Positions 47,217 through 55,597 of a DNA stretch of 58,225 nt are shown here, piece by piece. How positions within the stretch are numbered: the stretch's first letter is position 1; the number at the start of each line of letters is the position of its first letter. Source of the stretch: a virus (lineage: Duplodnaviria; Caudoviricetes); IMG/VR virus record IMGVR_UViG_3300049811_000412, positions 1 through 58,225 of that record; one strand, written 5' to 3'. The position numbers were made by a program, and so were the translations under genes. Under the pieces are notes generated by a model. The model ran no database searches, had not been told where the DNA came from, and saw nothing but the letters and a program-made list of their open reading frames with translations.

Positions 47217-48428
47217 ATGAAAGCACGATACCAGTACCGAATTTATCCAACACCGCAGCAGGTCAAAGGGCTAAATCAGCTTTTTGGGTGCTGCCGAGTT
47301 GTGTACAACGATGCCCTGGCGATTGTGCGGTCAGTACCGCAGGGCGAGAAGTGGCCTAGCAATGCTGAACTGCAAAAGCTGGTGATCACTCAAGCCAAAA
47401 AGACGGCTGAACGGGAATGGTTGGCCGATGTGTCAGTCGTTCCCTTGCAGCAGTCGGTTCAGGATTTGGGTGTCGCCTTTAGGAGCTTTTTCGAGAGCCG
47501 TAGCGGCAAACGAAAAGGGCCAAAGGTGGGCTTCCCTCGATTCAAAAAGAAGCTGAACCAACAGTCGGCACGATTTGTTCGGACGGGATTTTCTCTCAAG
47601 GGCAATAAGCTTGAACTGGCCAAACTAGGTCGATTCAAGGTGAAGTGGTCAAGGCCACTGCCCTCTGAGCCTAGTTCTGTGACCATTCTCCGTAATGCGG
47701 CTGGGCAATACCACGCCAGCTTTGTGGTGGAGGTTGGCCCCATCAGCATTGAGCCACTACGGCCCGCGATTGGGGTGGATCTGGGCATCAAAACCTTTGC
47801 CTTTCTAAGTACAGGTGACAGAGTAGAATCCCCTGGCTATAAGCGTTTAGACCGAAAGACAAGGCGATTTCAGCGTAAGCTGGCCCGTCAAACCAAGGGG
47901 TCTAAACGTCGTGAAAAGACTCGGCTCCGCATTGCAAAACTGAAGCTAAAAACGGCCAATATTCGAAGAGACTTTCTGCACAAGACCACGACCCAGCTAA
48001 TCCACGAAAACCAAGTGGTGGTGTTGGAAGACCTGGCTGTGAAGAATATGCTTGGAAACCGGAGTTTGGCACGGGCGATCAGTGAGCAAGGCTGGGGCAC
48101 CACACGGACGATGTGCGAGGCCAAGGCCAACATGGTCAACGACCGAGAGGTCAGGATCATCAGTCGGTGGGAACCAACCAGTCAGGTTTGTTCTGATTGC
48201 GGATTCCGATGGGGCAAGGTTGATCTATCGGTTCGTTCCATCCTCTGTGTGAGTTGTGGAACCGAACACGATAGAGATGGCAATGCTGCCAAAAATATCG
48301 AAAAGTCTGGGTTGGGGCTAACCCAAGACTCTAAATGGATAAAGAACGGGCATAAGACCAGGGTTTCTGGCAATCCGACTGCTTTGTCTAGCCAACCGTA
48401 CAGCGAACAGCTTGGACTGTTCGCCTAG
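47217..48428 (+). CDS. tnpB: RNA-guided nuclease TnpB, intact
   Basis: YRIYPT, GVDLG, VLEDL, Zn ribbon, DRD. Confidence 0.95.
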   Translation: MKARYQYRIYPTPQQVKGLNQLFGCCRVVYNDALAIVRSVPQGEKWPSNAELQKLVITQAKKTAEREWLADVSVVPLQQSVQDLGVAFRSFFESRSGKRKGPKVGFPRFKKKLNQQSARFVRTGFSLKGNKLELAKLGRFKVKWSRPLPSEPSSVTILRNAAGQYHASFVVEVGPISIEPLRPAIGVDLGIKTFAFLSTGDRVESPGYKRLDRKTRRFQRKLARQTKGSKRREKTRLRIAKLKLKTANIRRDFLHKTTTQLIHENQVVVLEDLAVKNMLGNRSLARAISEQGWGTTRTMCEAKANMVNDREVRIISRWEPTSQVCSDCGFRWGKVDLSVRSILCVSCGTEHDRDGNAAKNIEKSGLGLTQDSKWIKNGHKTRVSGNPTALSSQPYSEQLGLFA

Positions 48429-48464
48429 CCGGAGAATCCCCGCACCTTTAGGTCGGGGAGCGTG

Positions 48465-48665
48465 TCAAATCACCGCCTTGCTGCTAGGTAAGCTGGCGAG
48501 GTAAGCCAGCACCGCCTTTTGGTGAACTTCCGGGGCGTGTTGATTCGCCACAAAGTCCAGCATCAGATCGCGGTGAAATAACACCTGTCGGCTGCTGGGC
48601 CGCGTCCAGTGTGCGCCCTGGATTAGGCGGGGCTGCAACTTGTGGCCTTGGCCCAAACGCCACAC
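48465..48665 (-). CDS. Excisionase-like small protein, possibly N-terminally defective
   Basis: LIQGAHW..HQKAVLAYLASLPS resembles cyanobacterial mobile-element proteins; HTH start unclear. Confidence 0.4.
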   Translation of the reverse strand: MWRLGQGHKLQPRLIQGAHWTRPSSRQVLFHRDLMLDFVANQHAPEVHQKAVLAYLASLPSSKAVI

Positions 48666-48826
48666 CTTCTTCGCTCAGCACGGGCGACCATTTCAGGGGG
48701 GTGCTGGTCGGGGTGGGCGGTGATGTAGGCCGCGATGGCCAACGCATCCTCTAGGCGATGGCTGGCACGGCTCAGTCCCTTGGTGAGGGCTTCGCCCGCG
48801 GCGGGGGATAAGCTGAGGTTTTGCAT
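48623..48826 (-). CDS. Hypothetical protein
   Basis: AGGAG RBS. Confidence 0.5.
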   Translation of the reverse strand: MQNLSLSPAAGEALTKGLSRASHRLEDALAIAAYITAHPDQHPPEMVARAERRRCGVWAKATSCSPA

Positions 48827-48838
48827 GTTGGTGGTCTC

Positions 48839-49063
48839 CTAGGCGGTTTTCTGTGGGCTGGTAGCGCGTTCCATGGCAAGGCTGCTGAGTTGATCGCGCA
48901 GGGATTGAGCAACGGCCCCGGTGGGCGGCATGGCCTCGGCTAGTGCGCGAAGGCCACGAGGGGGAAGATGCTGCAAGGCAGTGGCCCAAAGTTGTTGAGC
49001 AGCAGCAGGGTCGGTGTGGCCAAGGTGGGCAAATTGGGCGGATGCATGATTGAGGTTGGCCAT
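48839..49063 (-). CDS. Hypothetical protein, paralogue of 42496-42768
   Basis: Aligns end to end with the paralogue. Confidence 0.7.
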   Translation of the reverse strand: MANLNHASAQFAHLGHTDPAAAQQLWATALQHLPPRGLRALAEAMPPTGAVAQSLRDQLSSLAMERATSPQKTA

Positions 49064-49067
49064 GGGT

Positions 49068-49247
49068 TCACGGGGTAGGGTTTACGGGTTGGGCCTTGGC
49101 GACCCACAGCGTCCATCGGTTGCAGAAGTCGCTAGGCGCGGTCTGGGCCTGGGTGATGGCACACTTGGCCGGATTGATGCTGAGGTAATAAAGGCAAGTT
49201 CCACAGGTCGCGGGGGCGGTGTTGTAGTCGGCGGGGTATGGGGTCAT
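49068..49247 (-). CDS. 59-aa Cys-rich protein (below cutoff)
   Basis: GGAGG RBS; PADY..AP..CGTC..C..C; ATGA overlap. Confidence 0.6.
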   Translation of the reverse strand: MTPYPADYNTAPATCGTCLYYLSINPAKCAITQAQTAPSDFCNRWTLWVAKAQPVNPTP

Positions 49248-49651
49248 AGGGTGGCCTCCTGCTGGGCAGCGTGGGCAAGGGCATATTCGTATTCCGGGAT
49301 AGGCGCTACAGGCAACGTCAGGGTTAACTTTGGTCTGCCCCAGTGGTAGCGATCCTCAAAATTGAGCATGAAATCATCGGTCGGTGGTACCCAAGGGCGC
49401 AGTTCAGCCGCCACCTCGTAGCGGCGCATGGCGACAGGCACCCATTGGATGATGTAGATGGCAAACTTGCCTGACGGTGCAATGCCTAGGGGGCGTCGCC
49501 CTGGGTAATTGTCCGACCAACGTGGTTCCATGATTTGCCCCTTTTGCTGAAAGTCGAACCGCATCAGCATTTCCCTGTGTGTGGGTTTGCCGTAATAGTC
49601 CAAAAAACTGTGAGGGCGCGGGGTAATAAATTTGCCTTGGAGCGAAACCAT
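49244..49651 (-). CDS. Hypothetical protein
   Basis: GGAGG RBS; TGATG overlap. Confidence 0.6.
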   Translation of the reverse strand: MVSLQGKFITPRPHSFLDYYGKPTHREMLMRFDFQQKGQIMEPRWSDNYPGRRPLGIAPSGKFAIYIIQWVPVAMRRYEVAAELRPWVPPTDDFMLNFEDRYHWGRPKLTLTLPVAPIPEYEYALAHAAQQEATL

Positions 49652-50880
49652 CAGCCCACCTCCCACAGCAGAGGTTGCACGCTGCCATCTTCGTAAAAAG
49701 TAGGGAACCACTGTTGCCCGCCTGGTTCGTCTCCGTCCCACCGATCCGGCCAAGTCCCTGACCCAATCGCAGAGCGGATAAACAATTCTTCCGCTGAATT
49801 GATCAGGCTGACTTGAGGGCGACCTAACGTAATTGCCGCCTCATTGACGCGCTGCTGAATGCTCAGCACTTGCTCCAGAATTTCCAGTCGTTTCTCTAAC
49901 TTGATCGGCCCAAAACGACCCTGATTTTTGACTAAGCTGCCATCTTTGCGGGTCTCCCCTGGGGGCTTCCGTAGGCGGTTGTTGAGGTCGCGAGTTTGAT
50001 AGTGCAATGCCCGAACTTCTAGCAGCGGTGCGAGGTACGCCCACTGGGGTTGTTTGCACACTTGGGCCAGGGCCGTATCTTGAGTGCTGACCAACGGGCA
50101 TCCGATGCAGCCTGTACGGGTGGCCAAGGGTTCTTCCCCTGCTTCAATGCTCTCGGTCATCGAGTACGCTTCAGCAACCGCCATGGTGGGATAGCCGTGT
50201 TCAATGTCGGCTTGCACTAGCCAGTCCCACACATGGCACACCCGCCAATGGAGGATGGGGGCAAGGGTGTCTACGCTGCACAGGTCGTCGGTGCCGTGGA
50301 CGGTCATTTTTTGGAACCAGCCCTGACCGCATTCGCCGCCATCCTTGGAGCAGCTAACGGAGATCCGTTGGTCACGGGCTGCACTCTCGCCCAGGCGAAC
50401 TCCGGTCAACATCAGCAGCTTGCCACTGGGGCCAATGTCGCGCCGTAGCGTTTCAAGGGCGGCGGTCATGGGGTCTACCTTGATTTGGCGAGTACACCAG
50501 CGCATGGTGCCGTTTTGAGGGCTGGGCACCCCTCGGCCTAGGATGTACGGCCAAAACCGTTTTTCCATAGGGGCACACACCACTTGGGCTTGGCACCCTA
50601 ACTCGCGGGCCTTTGCCAACATGCCCATGGCCGCAAAGTGCAGGGGCGGTAGTTCCTGGCGGGTATCGGCATAGAGGACGGTGATACTCTTGGGCCGCTT
50701 TACTTGCCCCTGCTCAATCAGCAGCAACACCAGGGAGAGGACGGTGGTGCTGTCTTTGCCGCCCGAAAATGCGACACACCAATGGTCGTAATCGGCTCCG
50801 TAGGCGTTCAGGCTTTGGGCTGTTAGCTCGATGGATCGCTCCATTGACAGGCGCTCGGAATCAAATAGGGTTTTCATCAC
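49651..50880 (-). CDS. PAPS-reductase-family (DndC-like) protein
   Basis: SGGKDS PP-loop, RWCT-x-x-x-K, GVR-x-x-ES-x-x-R, RTGCIGC. Confidence 0.85.
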   Translation of the reverse strand: MMKTLFDSERLSMERSIELTAQSLNAYGADYDHWCVAFSGGKDSTTVLSLVLLLIEQGQVKRPKSITVLYADTRQELPPLHFAAMGMLAKARELGCQAQVVCAPMEKRFWPYILGRGVPSPQNGTMRWCTRQIKVDPMTAALETLRRDIGPSGKLLMLTGVRLGESAARDQRISVSCSKDGGECGQGWFQKMTVHGTDDLCSVDTLAPILHWRVCHVWDWLVQADIEHGYPTMAVAEAYSMTESIEAGEEPLATRTGCIGCPLVSTQDTALAQVCKQPQWAYLAPLLEVRALHYQTRDLNNRLRKPPGETRKDGSLVKNQGRFGPIKLEKRLEILEQVLSIQQRVNEAAITLGRPQVSLINSAEELFIRSAIGSGTWPDRWDGDEPGGQQWFPTFYEDGSVQPLLWEVG

Positions 50881-51449
50881 GCCACCTCCAACAGGCTCAA
50901 CTGCTTACCTGCGCTGGGGTAAACAAACGGATCCATCAACCGCCGATGCTTGCCCCAGATAAACCAGGCGGTGGCCACCATGGCAGTGTTGCCGTCCCCG
51001 GTAAAGCTCGCTCGTTTGGGCAAAAACACGATGCTCATGCGGTCTTGGTGCTGCTCAAGCCACTGGCCACGATTGGCGCATGGCTCTAGGTAGCTCAACG
51101 GCAACAACATAATCACGCCTTTGGTGCAGCGCTCCATCGCCAGCGGCAGGATCTGGCTCGCCTGGTTAAAGGGCGGGTTGGTGATGCACCATGCGGGACG
51201 CGCTCCCATAAACAGTTCAAAAACATCCCAGGTTTCCGGGTCGGTTGCATCGCCGTAGAAATCGGCATCATGTTCGCAGTCAAGGTCGTTCCTGAACCCC
51301 GCGTAGCCAGCTTGCTCTACCATATCGGCAATGTCGCCGCTGCCTACGCAAGGCTCCACCCAAGGGTCGGTAATGGCGAAAGGGAGATGGCTCAGCAGGT
51401 GAGCGGTGGCCCACCGGGGCGTAGGGTAGTAGTCGTTTTCGCGTCTCAT
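50877..51449 (-). CDS. Small amino-methyltransferase
   Basis: DYYPTP, EPCVGSG, ITNPPF. Confidence 0.85.
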   Translation of the reverse strand: MRRENDYYPTPRWATAHLLSHLPFAITDPWVEPCVGSGDIADMVEQAGYAGFRNDLDCEHDADFYGDATDPETWDVFELFMGARPAWCITNPPFNQASQILPLAMERCTKGVIMLLPLSYLEPCANRGQWLEQHQDRMSIVFLPKRASFTGDGNTAMVATAWFIWGKHRRLMDPFVYPSAGKQLSLLEVA

Positions 51450-51646
51450 GATCTACCTCCCACGGCCTGCGTCTGACTTAGTCGGTCATGCTCTGCCCAC
51501 CCAGCGCGGGTGAGGCTCATGTAGGGCCAGCCATGGTGCTGAATCAGGCCACCCAATTTACCCATCGTTGTATGGCTACATGCCCCTGGGGCTTTCTCTT
51601 TCTGGGCGATGTAGCGCAGCAGTTGCAGCTTTTCAAGGTCTGTCAT
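51446..51646 (-). CDS. Hypothetical protein (wHTH-like)
   Basis: GGAGG RBS; LGGLI..LTRAG. Confidence 0.5.
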   Translation of the reverse strand: MTDLEKLQLLRYIAQKEKAPGACSHTTMGKLGGLIQHHGWPYMSLTRAGWAEHDRLSQTQAVGGRS

Positions 51647-51701
51647 AATTCCTCCCACAAAAACAGGGCCACACCGCAGCGCAGCCCCAGAACAAAAATC
51701 T

Positions 51702-51950
51702 TTAGAACTCGGCAAAGGGCTTGCCAGCTTCCACCCAGTCAATCAACTCCCAACCGGGGTAATGCTGGGCAACGTGGGCCGCTAGCGCCCCCGCTGCATC
51801 CCCAGCCGGAACAATGGCCTCACCGTTGATGCTGTCGATTACGTCGTAACCATAGTCATCAATGGCCGGAATGCCGACCTGGAAGAAAACTCGAACTTGT
51901 GCCAAATTGTCGCAAACTTTATTTGCGGTTGGGTTGTGTTGGGTAATCAT
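51702..51950 (-). CDS. Hypothetical protein
   Basis: ORF downstream of leader motif. Confidence 0.55.
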   Translation of the reverse strand: MITQHNPTANKVCDNLAQVRVFFQVGIPAIDDYGYDVIDSINGEAIVPAGDAAGALAAHVAQHYPGWELIDWVEAGKPFAEF

Positions 51951-52036
51951 CGGTCACAGTGGTGTTGTTACAAATTGTCTTTTGTTGGTCGGCGTAGGTG
52001 CTGGGGTGGTACCCAGCGAGTCCCTACGCCGCTTTT

Positions 52037-52198
52037 TTAGTCTTCGCTGTCGTCGCCTTCGGGCACCTCCCCACGCCCGTTGCAGGTTTCGCATTCCTGG
52101 CGTTCGTTGCGGTTGCCGTGGCCAGATGGGCCAAAGGTGTCCCGCTCCAATGTAACCTCGCCCCAACCGTCACAGTCGGGGCATTCGCGGTAGTCCAT
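52037..52198 (-). CDS. 53-aa DnaJ-type zinc-finger protein (below cutoff)
   Basis: CPDCDGWG and CETCNGRG (two CxxCxGxG). Confidence 0.7.
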   Translation of the reverse strand: MDYRECPDCDGWGEVTLERDTFGPSGHGNRNERQECETCNGRGEVPEGDDSED

Positions 52199-52380
52199 TA
52201 GCCTCGCACCATCATCGCGCCGATCATGCTCGGAAATAGGCGGCGCAACTTTGCCGCCTCACCTCCAACCCCTGGCTCGTAACCTTGGGGAATGGTAACG
52301 GTGGTCATACCAGTAGGTAAGGTGACTTTATAGGTGCGGGTAATGCGGCTTGCGCCACGTCTGTCGTCAGTATTTTTCAT
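52198..52380 (-). CDS. Hypothetical protein
   Basis: ATG after CCAACAAAGACA leader. Confidence 0.5.
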   Translation of the reverse strand: MKNTDDRRGASRITRTYKVTLPTGMTTVTIPQGYEPGVGGEAAKLRRLFPSMIGAMMVRG

Positions 52381-52433
52381 TGTTACCTGTCTTTGTTGGT
52401 CGGGGCTGGTTGGGTGCCCTTGGGTTCTATTGT

Positions 52434-52461
52434 AGCATGGATGCTGCGATGCTAGCATCGC
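52434..52461. promoter_or_regulatory. Adjacent palindromes between divergent genes, candidate operators
   Basis: AGCAT-GG-ATGCT 52434-52445 and perfect GCGATGCTAGCATCGC 52446-52461. Confidence 0.6.
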
Positions 52462-52507
52462 GCCTTGTTGGATTCGTGCTAAAATCGGAAAGTGATAAGT
52501 TGGAGGC

Positions 52508-52753
52508 ATGAAAGTGAAAAGCCACCTTGCCAAATTGATGGAGTCAGCGGGGGTCGATCAAAAGACCTTGGCCATGGAGACTGGACTAAGCCCTGCCACG
52601 GTGGGTAAGCTTTACCGTGGTCATTTCAACCGCATCGACAACCACACGGTTACGGTGCTGTGCAAATGGTTCCGGTTGTCGAGTATTGCTGAGTTGATCG
52701 AAATTGTTTGGGAACCTGAAGACGGGGAGGCTCCAAGTGATTGCCATTCCTGA
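52508..52753 (+). CDS. XRE/Cro-CI HTH regulator
   Basis: GGAGG RBS; QKTLAMETGLSPATVGKLY..RID. Confidence 0.88.
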   Translation: MKVKSHLAKLMESAGVDQKTLAMETGLSPATVGKLYRGHFNRIDNHTVTVLCKWFRLSSIAELIEIVWEPEDGEAPSDCHS

Positions 52754-53345
52754 CATTGATCCGCTTGCGTTGCCGTCGGTCGCTTTAGAAAATGCTAACC
52801 GTTTGCCATTGGAGTCGGGCATCTACTTTGCCCTTGATGGCCAAAACACTGTTCAGTACATTGGGCAAAGCCAAAACCTTCGGCGGCGATGGGCTGGGCA
52901 CGCCCAAAAACAGCATCTAAAAAAGATGACTGGTGTTCGCATTGCTTACTTGCCAGTTCAGCCTAGTTTGCTGGCTGGGATTGAATCAGTCCTAATTGAG
53001 AAGCACTGTCCTCCCCTGAACTGTCTTGACCCTCAAGCTCGTCAAATGGCAGGGGTTAAAGCCTATCGGGCCAAACTTAAGGATGCGACTCCCCCTTCAG
53101 GCTTTCAAATGCGAGTAATTCAGACCAAGCAATGGAGGGTGCAAAACTTACCTCTCGCCTTGGCTGAATCGCAAAAAGCCTCCTCTAAAGACGTTTCTCA
53201 GCTTTGCCGTGAAGCTGGCATTGGCGAAGATACTTGGTATCGCTTAATTGCGGGCGGCAGTTCAACCATCCCGCTTGCCACGCTTTCTCGAATCTGCAAT
53301 GCCCTGGGTATCTCTCTAGAGTCCCTAGGGCTGAATCCCGACTAA
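52737..53345 (+). CDS. GIY-YIG domain fused to XRE HTH
   Basis: SGIY..QYIGQSQNLRRRW..E..P-x-LN; C-terminal LCREAGI..TLSRICNALG. Confidence 0.82.
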   Translation: MIAIPDIDPLALPSVALENANRLPLESGIYFALDGQNTVQYIGQSQNLRRRWAGHAQKQHLKKMTGVRIAYLPVQPSLLAGIESVLIEKHCPPLNCLDPQARQMAGVKAYRAKLKDATPPSGFQMRVIQTKQWRVQNLPLALAESQKASSKDVSQLCREAGIGEDTWYRLIAGGSSTIPLATLSRICNALGISLESLGLNPD

Positions 53346-53372
53346 CCACCAACAACAAAAGACAAAGTAACC

Positions 53373-53837
53373 ATGACCAAACACACCCCACCCCCGTCAG
53401 ACGACGAGCTGCGCTCTTTGGCGCGAGGCTACAGAATGGAATGCCAGCGGCTAGGCCAGCGCGTGACGTTGGCGGAAATGTCGCGCCGCTTGGGCCGTGC
53501 CTCGTATTGGCTGGCCGATCCGCGAAACCAAACAGCCGTGCGCTGTAGGGCCATCATCGTCAGCGAGTGGATCGCCATTGCTGCCGAAATCCCTAGCTTC
53601 CTGCCGCCGTCCGACCTGGGGCAGTCAACCGCCCCTGCATCCCTCGATGACCTCGACATTGGCACCGCTTATCCCGCAGGGGACGACCTGTTGCGAGTGC
53701 TGAACCACCCAGGGCGGCTTGCCCAGTTTTGCAGCCTGGTAGAAACGGCTGGGCCTAGTGGAGCATTCCGCTACGCCCAACAAGTCCACAGCTTCTACCA
53801 AGCCAATGCCGCCAACCGTACCGAAAATGCAGCGTAG
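53373..53837 (+). CDS. Hypothetical protein
   Basis: Leader motif; ORF. Confidence 0.6.
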   Translation: MTKHTPPPSDDELRSLARGYRMECQRLGQRVTLAEMSRRLGRASYWLADPRNQTAVRCRAIIVSEWIAIAAEIPSFLPPSDLGQSTAPASLDDLDIGTAYPAGDDLLRVLNHPGRLAQFCSLVETAGPSGAFRYAQQVHSFYQANAANRTENAA

Positions 53838-53845
53838 GGGGAGCC

Positions 53846-54094
53846 ATGAAATTTGACCCAAAAACCGGACGCGCCGAACTCACCCACGGCGAACCCAAGC
53901 GAGAAAGCAGTGCCGCCATCAACCGCCCTGGCAACCGTGCCTCACGACAGGCTAGCCACCATGCCAGCCTGCACGGGGCCATCAAGCGACTAGAAGATCG
54001 CCGCAAGCAACTGCGGGCTGAAATCAAAGCACTAGAGGCCACTCGCAACGCTTTGACCCAGGAAGTCGCCGCCCTGCGGGATTCGCTACCCTAG
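53846..54094 (+). CDS. Hypothetical coiled-coil protein
   Basis: GGGAG RBS; followed by terminator. Confidence 0.6.
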   Translation: MKFDPKTGRAELTHGEPKRESSAAINRPGNRASRQASHHASLHGAIKRLEDRRKQLRAEIKALEATRNALTQEVAALRDSLP

Positions 54095-54121
54095 GGGCAT
54101 CTCCTAAATTCTGTAGAGTCT

Positions 54122-54146
54122 ACCCGCTGGCAACGGCGGGTTTTTT
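54122..54146 (+). terminator. Intrinsic terminator between convergent operons
   Basis: ACCCGCTG-GCAA-CGGCGGGT-TTTTT. Confidence 0.7.
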
Positions 54147-54220
54147 GTGGCCATGCTCAAGCGCAAAAAGAACCCCCAGCACAGGCCGGGGGGGTGAGTA
54201 GTGCAGTGTAGGTTGTGGTT

Positions 54221-54688
54221 CTATTGTGCCGCGATAAATTCGCGTCGGCCCATCTCAGCTAGGCACAAGGCATCGGCCATCCCGTCATGGGGTTTACGGC
54301 ACCGGGGCAACACCAGTTCCACCGTGGGGAATACCCTGCGGCAGTAGGCAATGGCGGCGTCTTTGTCCTTGGAGGTTCCGGCCAACACCTTTCCCTTCCA
54401 GCGTTGGGGCGTGACTAGCTCTGTGGGGATGTCGAGGGCAGCAAGGATGCCCAGGATAGAGCCGTAGCCTTTCCCAAACTTGAACGTGCTGGCGACTCCC
54501 TGACCGGGCATAGATCCGACCTTTTCCACTACGGCAAGGCGGGGTTGAGCCTGGTGAATGATGTCGCGGATCTGGCCAAGGTCGAGTTCTTTTCCAGCAA
54601 GGGGCATGGGATAGGCGAGGGCATGGCGGTCAGCGATAACGGCAATGCCTCCAGAGAGGCCAGGGTCGATTCCGACGACAGTCACCAT
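54221..54688 (-). CDS. RuvC-like Holliday junction resolvase
   Basis: GIDPG, VEKV, P-x-x-WK, DGMADAL. Confidence 0.88.
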   Translation of the reverse strand: MVTVVGIDPGLSGGIAVIADRHALAYPMPLAGKELDLGQIRDIIHQAQPRLAVVEKVGSMPGQGVASTFKFGKGYGSILGILAALDIPTELVTPQRWKGKVLAGTSKDKDAAIAYCRRVFPTVELVLPRCRKPHDGMADALCLAEMGRREFIAAQ

Positions 54689-55059
54689 TGGATCATCACC
54701 CCTTCAAACGGCAGTCTGTCCTCGAAAAACTCGGCAAACTCAGCAAGGGATTCAAACCCGTCTGCTTTGGCCAAGGCGTCAGCGCTGGCGGCATCAAGGG
54801 CAACATCTGAACCCCTAAGGTAGATGCTCAAGCCCGTCATTTGTTCATTCAGTTCATGGGAAATCATCCTGATCGGCGTGGCATTGGTGCAGACTGCATC
54901 TAGCAGCTTCTGACAGTTGCGAGTCCGCTGTCCGGTGTATAACTGCAAAGCATCTCCTGATGCAGCATGGCGACGCTTGCCCAATGCTCGGATGGTTTGG
55001 CGCTTTTGACCAGACGTTATCAGCGGTGCGAATTGAGGCTTGAAGTTATAGGCAACCAT
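54682..55059 (-). CDS. ASCH-domain-like protein
   Basis: SGQKRQTIR..GD-x-L..A-x-ADGF. Confidence 0.7.
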   Translation of the reverse strand: MVAYNFKPQFAPLITSGQKRQTIRALGKRRHAASGDALQLYTGQRTRNCQKLLDAVCTNATPIRMISHELNEQMTGLSIYLRGSDVALDAASADALAKADGFESLAEFAEFFEDRLPFEGVMIQW

Positions 55060-55131
55060 GGTGTTTTAGTGTCTTTCGTTGGTAGGTACAAAAAGCCCCC
55101 AGCCGTAGCCAGGGGCGGGGTATGGTGTGGG

Positions 55132-55533
55132 TTAGAAGGGAATTTCTTCGTAGTTGGCCGCAGGTTCTTGGGGCTGTTCTTGGGGTTTGGGTTGCCGCTC
55201 AATCTTGGCAACTTCCCAAGCTAGGCAATAATCCTTGGTGCGATTGGCCCCGGTTGCCCGGTCTTGCCAGGTGTCTTGGCTCCACTGGCCACGGACAACC
55301 TGGAGGCGGTCGCCCTTGCGTAGTTTTGCCAGTTCGTCGGCGCACTGGTTCCAAGCCTTGACCGTAATCCACATCGGGGGTTTGGGATCCCCAGTGGCTT
55401 TATCCTTGCCGGTGTAAACCGCAATACGAACTTCGGTAACAACGGAGCCGGACGCAAAATATTTCACATCAGGATCGGCCCCCAGGTTGCCGATCAGTTG
55501 GACTTGATTATAGGCTTCAGCTTCAGCAGGCAT
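55132..55533 (-). CDS. ssb: Single-stranded DNA-binding protein
   Basis: NQVQLIGNLGADP, acidic EEIPF tail. Confidence 0.93.
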   Translation of the reverse strand: MPAEAEAYNQVQLIGNLGADPDVKYFASGSVVTEVRIAVYTGKDKATGDPKPPMWITVKAWNQCADELAKLRKGDRLQVVRGQWSQDTWQDRATGANRTKDYCLAWEVAKIERQPKPQEQPQEPAANYEEIPF

Positions 55534-55597
55534 GGTATCACCGTGTCTTTTGTTGGGTTTGCAGTGGGCCTTTTACCGCCATGCCCAGGGCGGGGGA

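Larger units (their letters stand above)
47005..48468 (+). mobile_element. Non-autonomous IS200/IS605 element #4 (tnpB plus small RHH, no tnpA)
   Basis: Target TTAC 47001-47004; AAAG plus hairpin at left end; GAAT plus hairpin and TCAA at right end. Confidence 0.92.

Noticed and set aside
48636-48647. 12-nt match (CAACTTGTGGCC) to the guide of the right IS#1 copy
   Set aside because: Seed mismatch and no ACAC motif upstream; plausible by chance
49651-50880. Complete Dnd phosphorothioation system or cysH sulfur-metabolism gene
   Set aside because: No other dnd or cys genes; family membership alone does not give function
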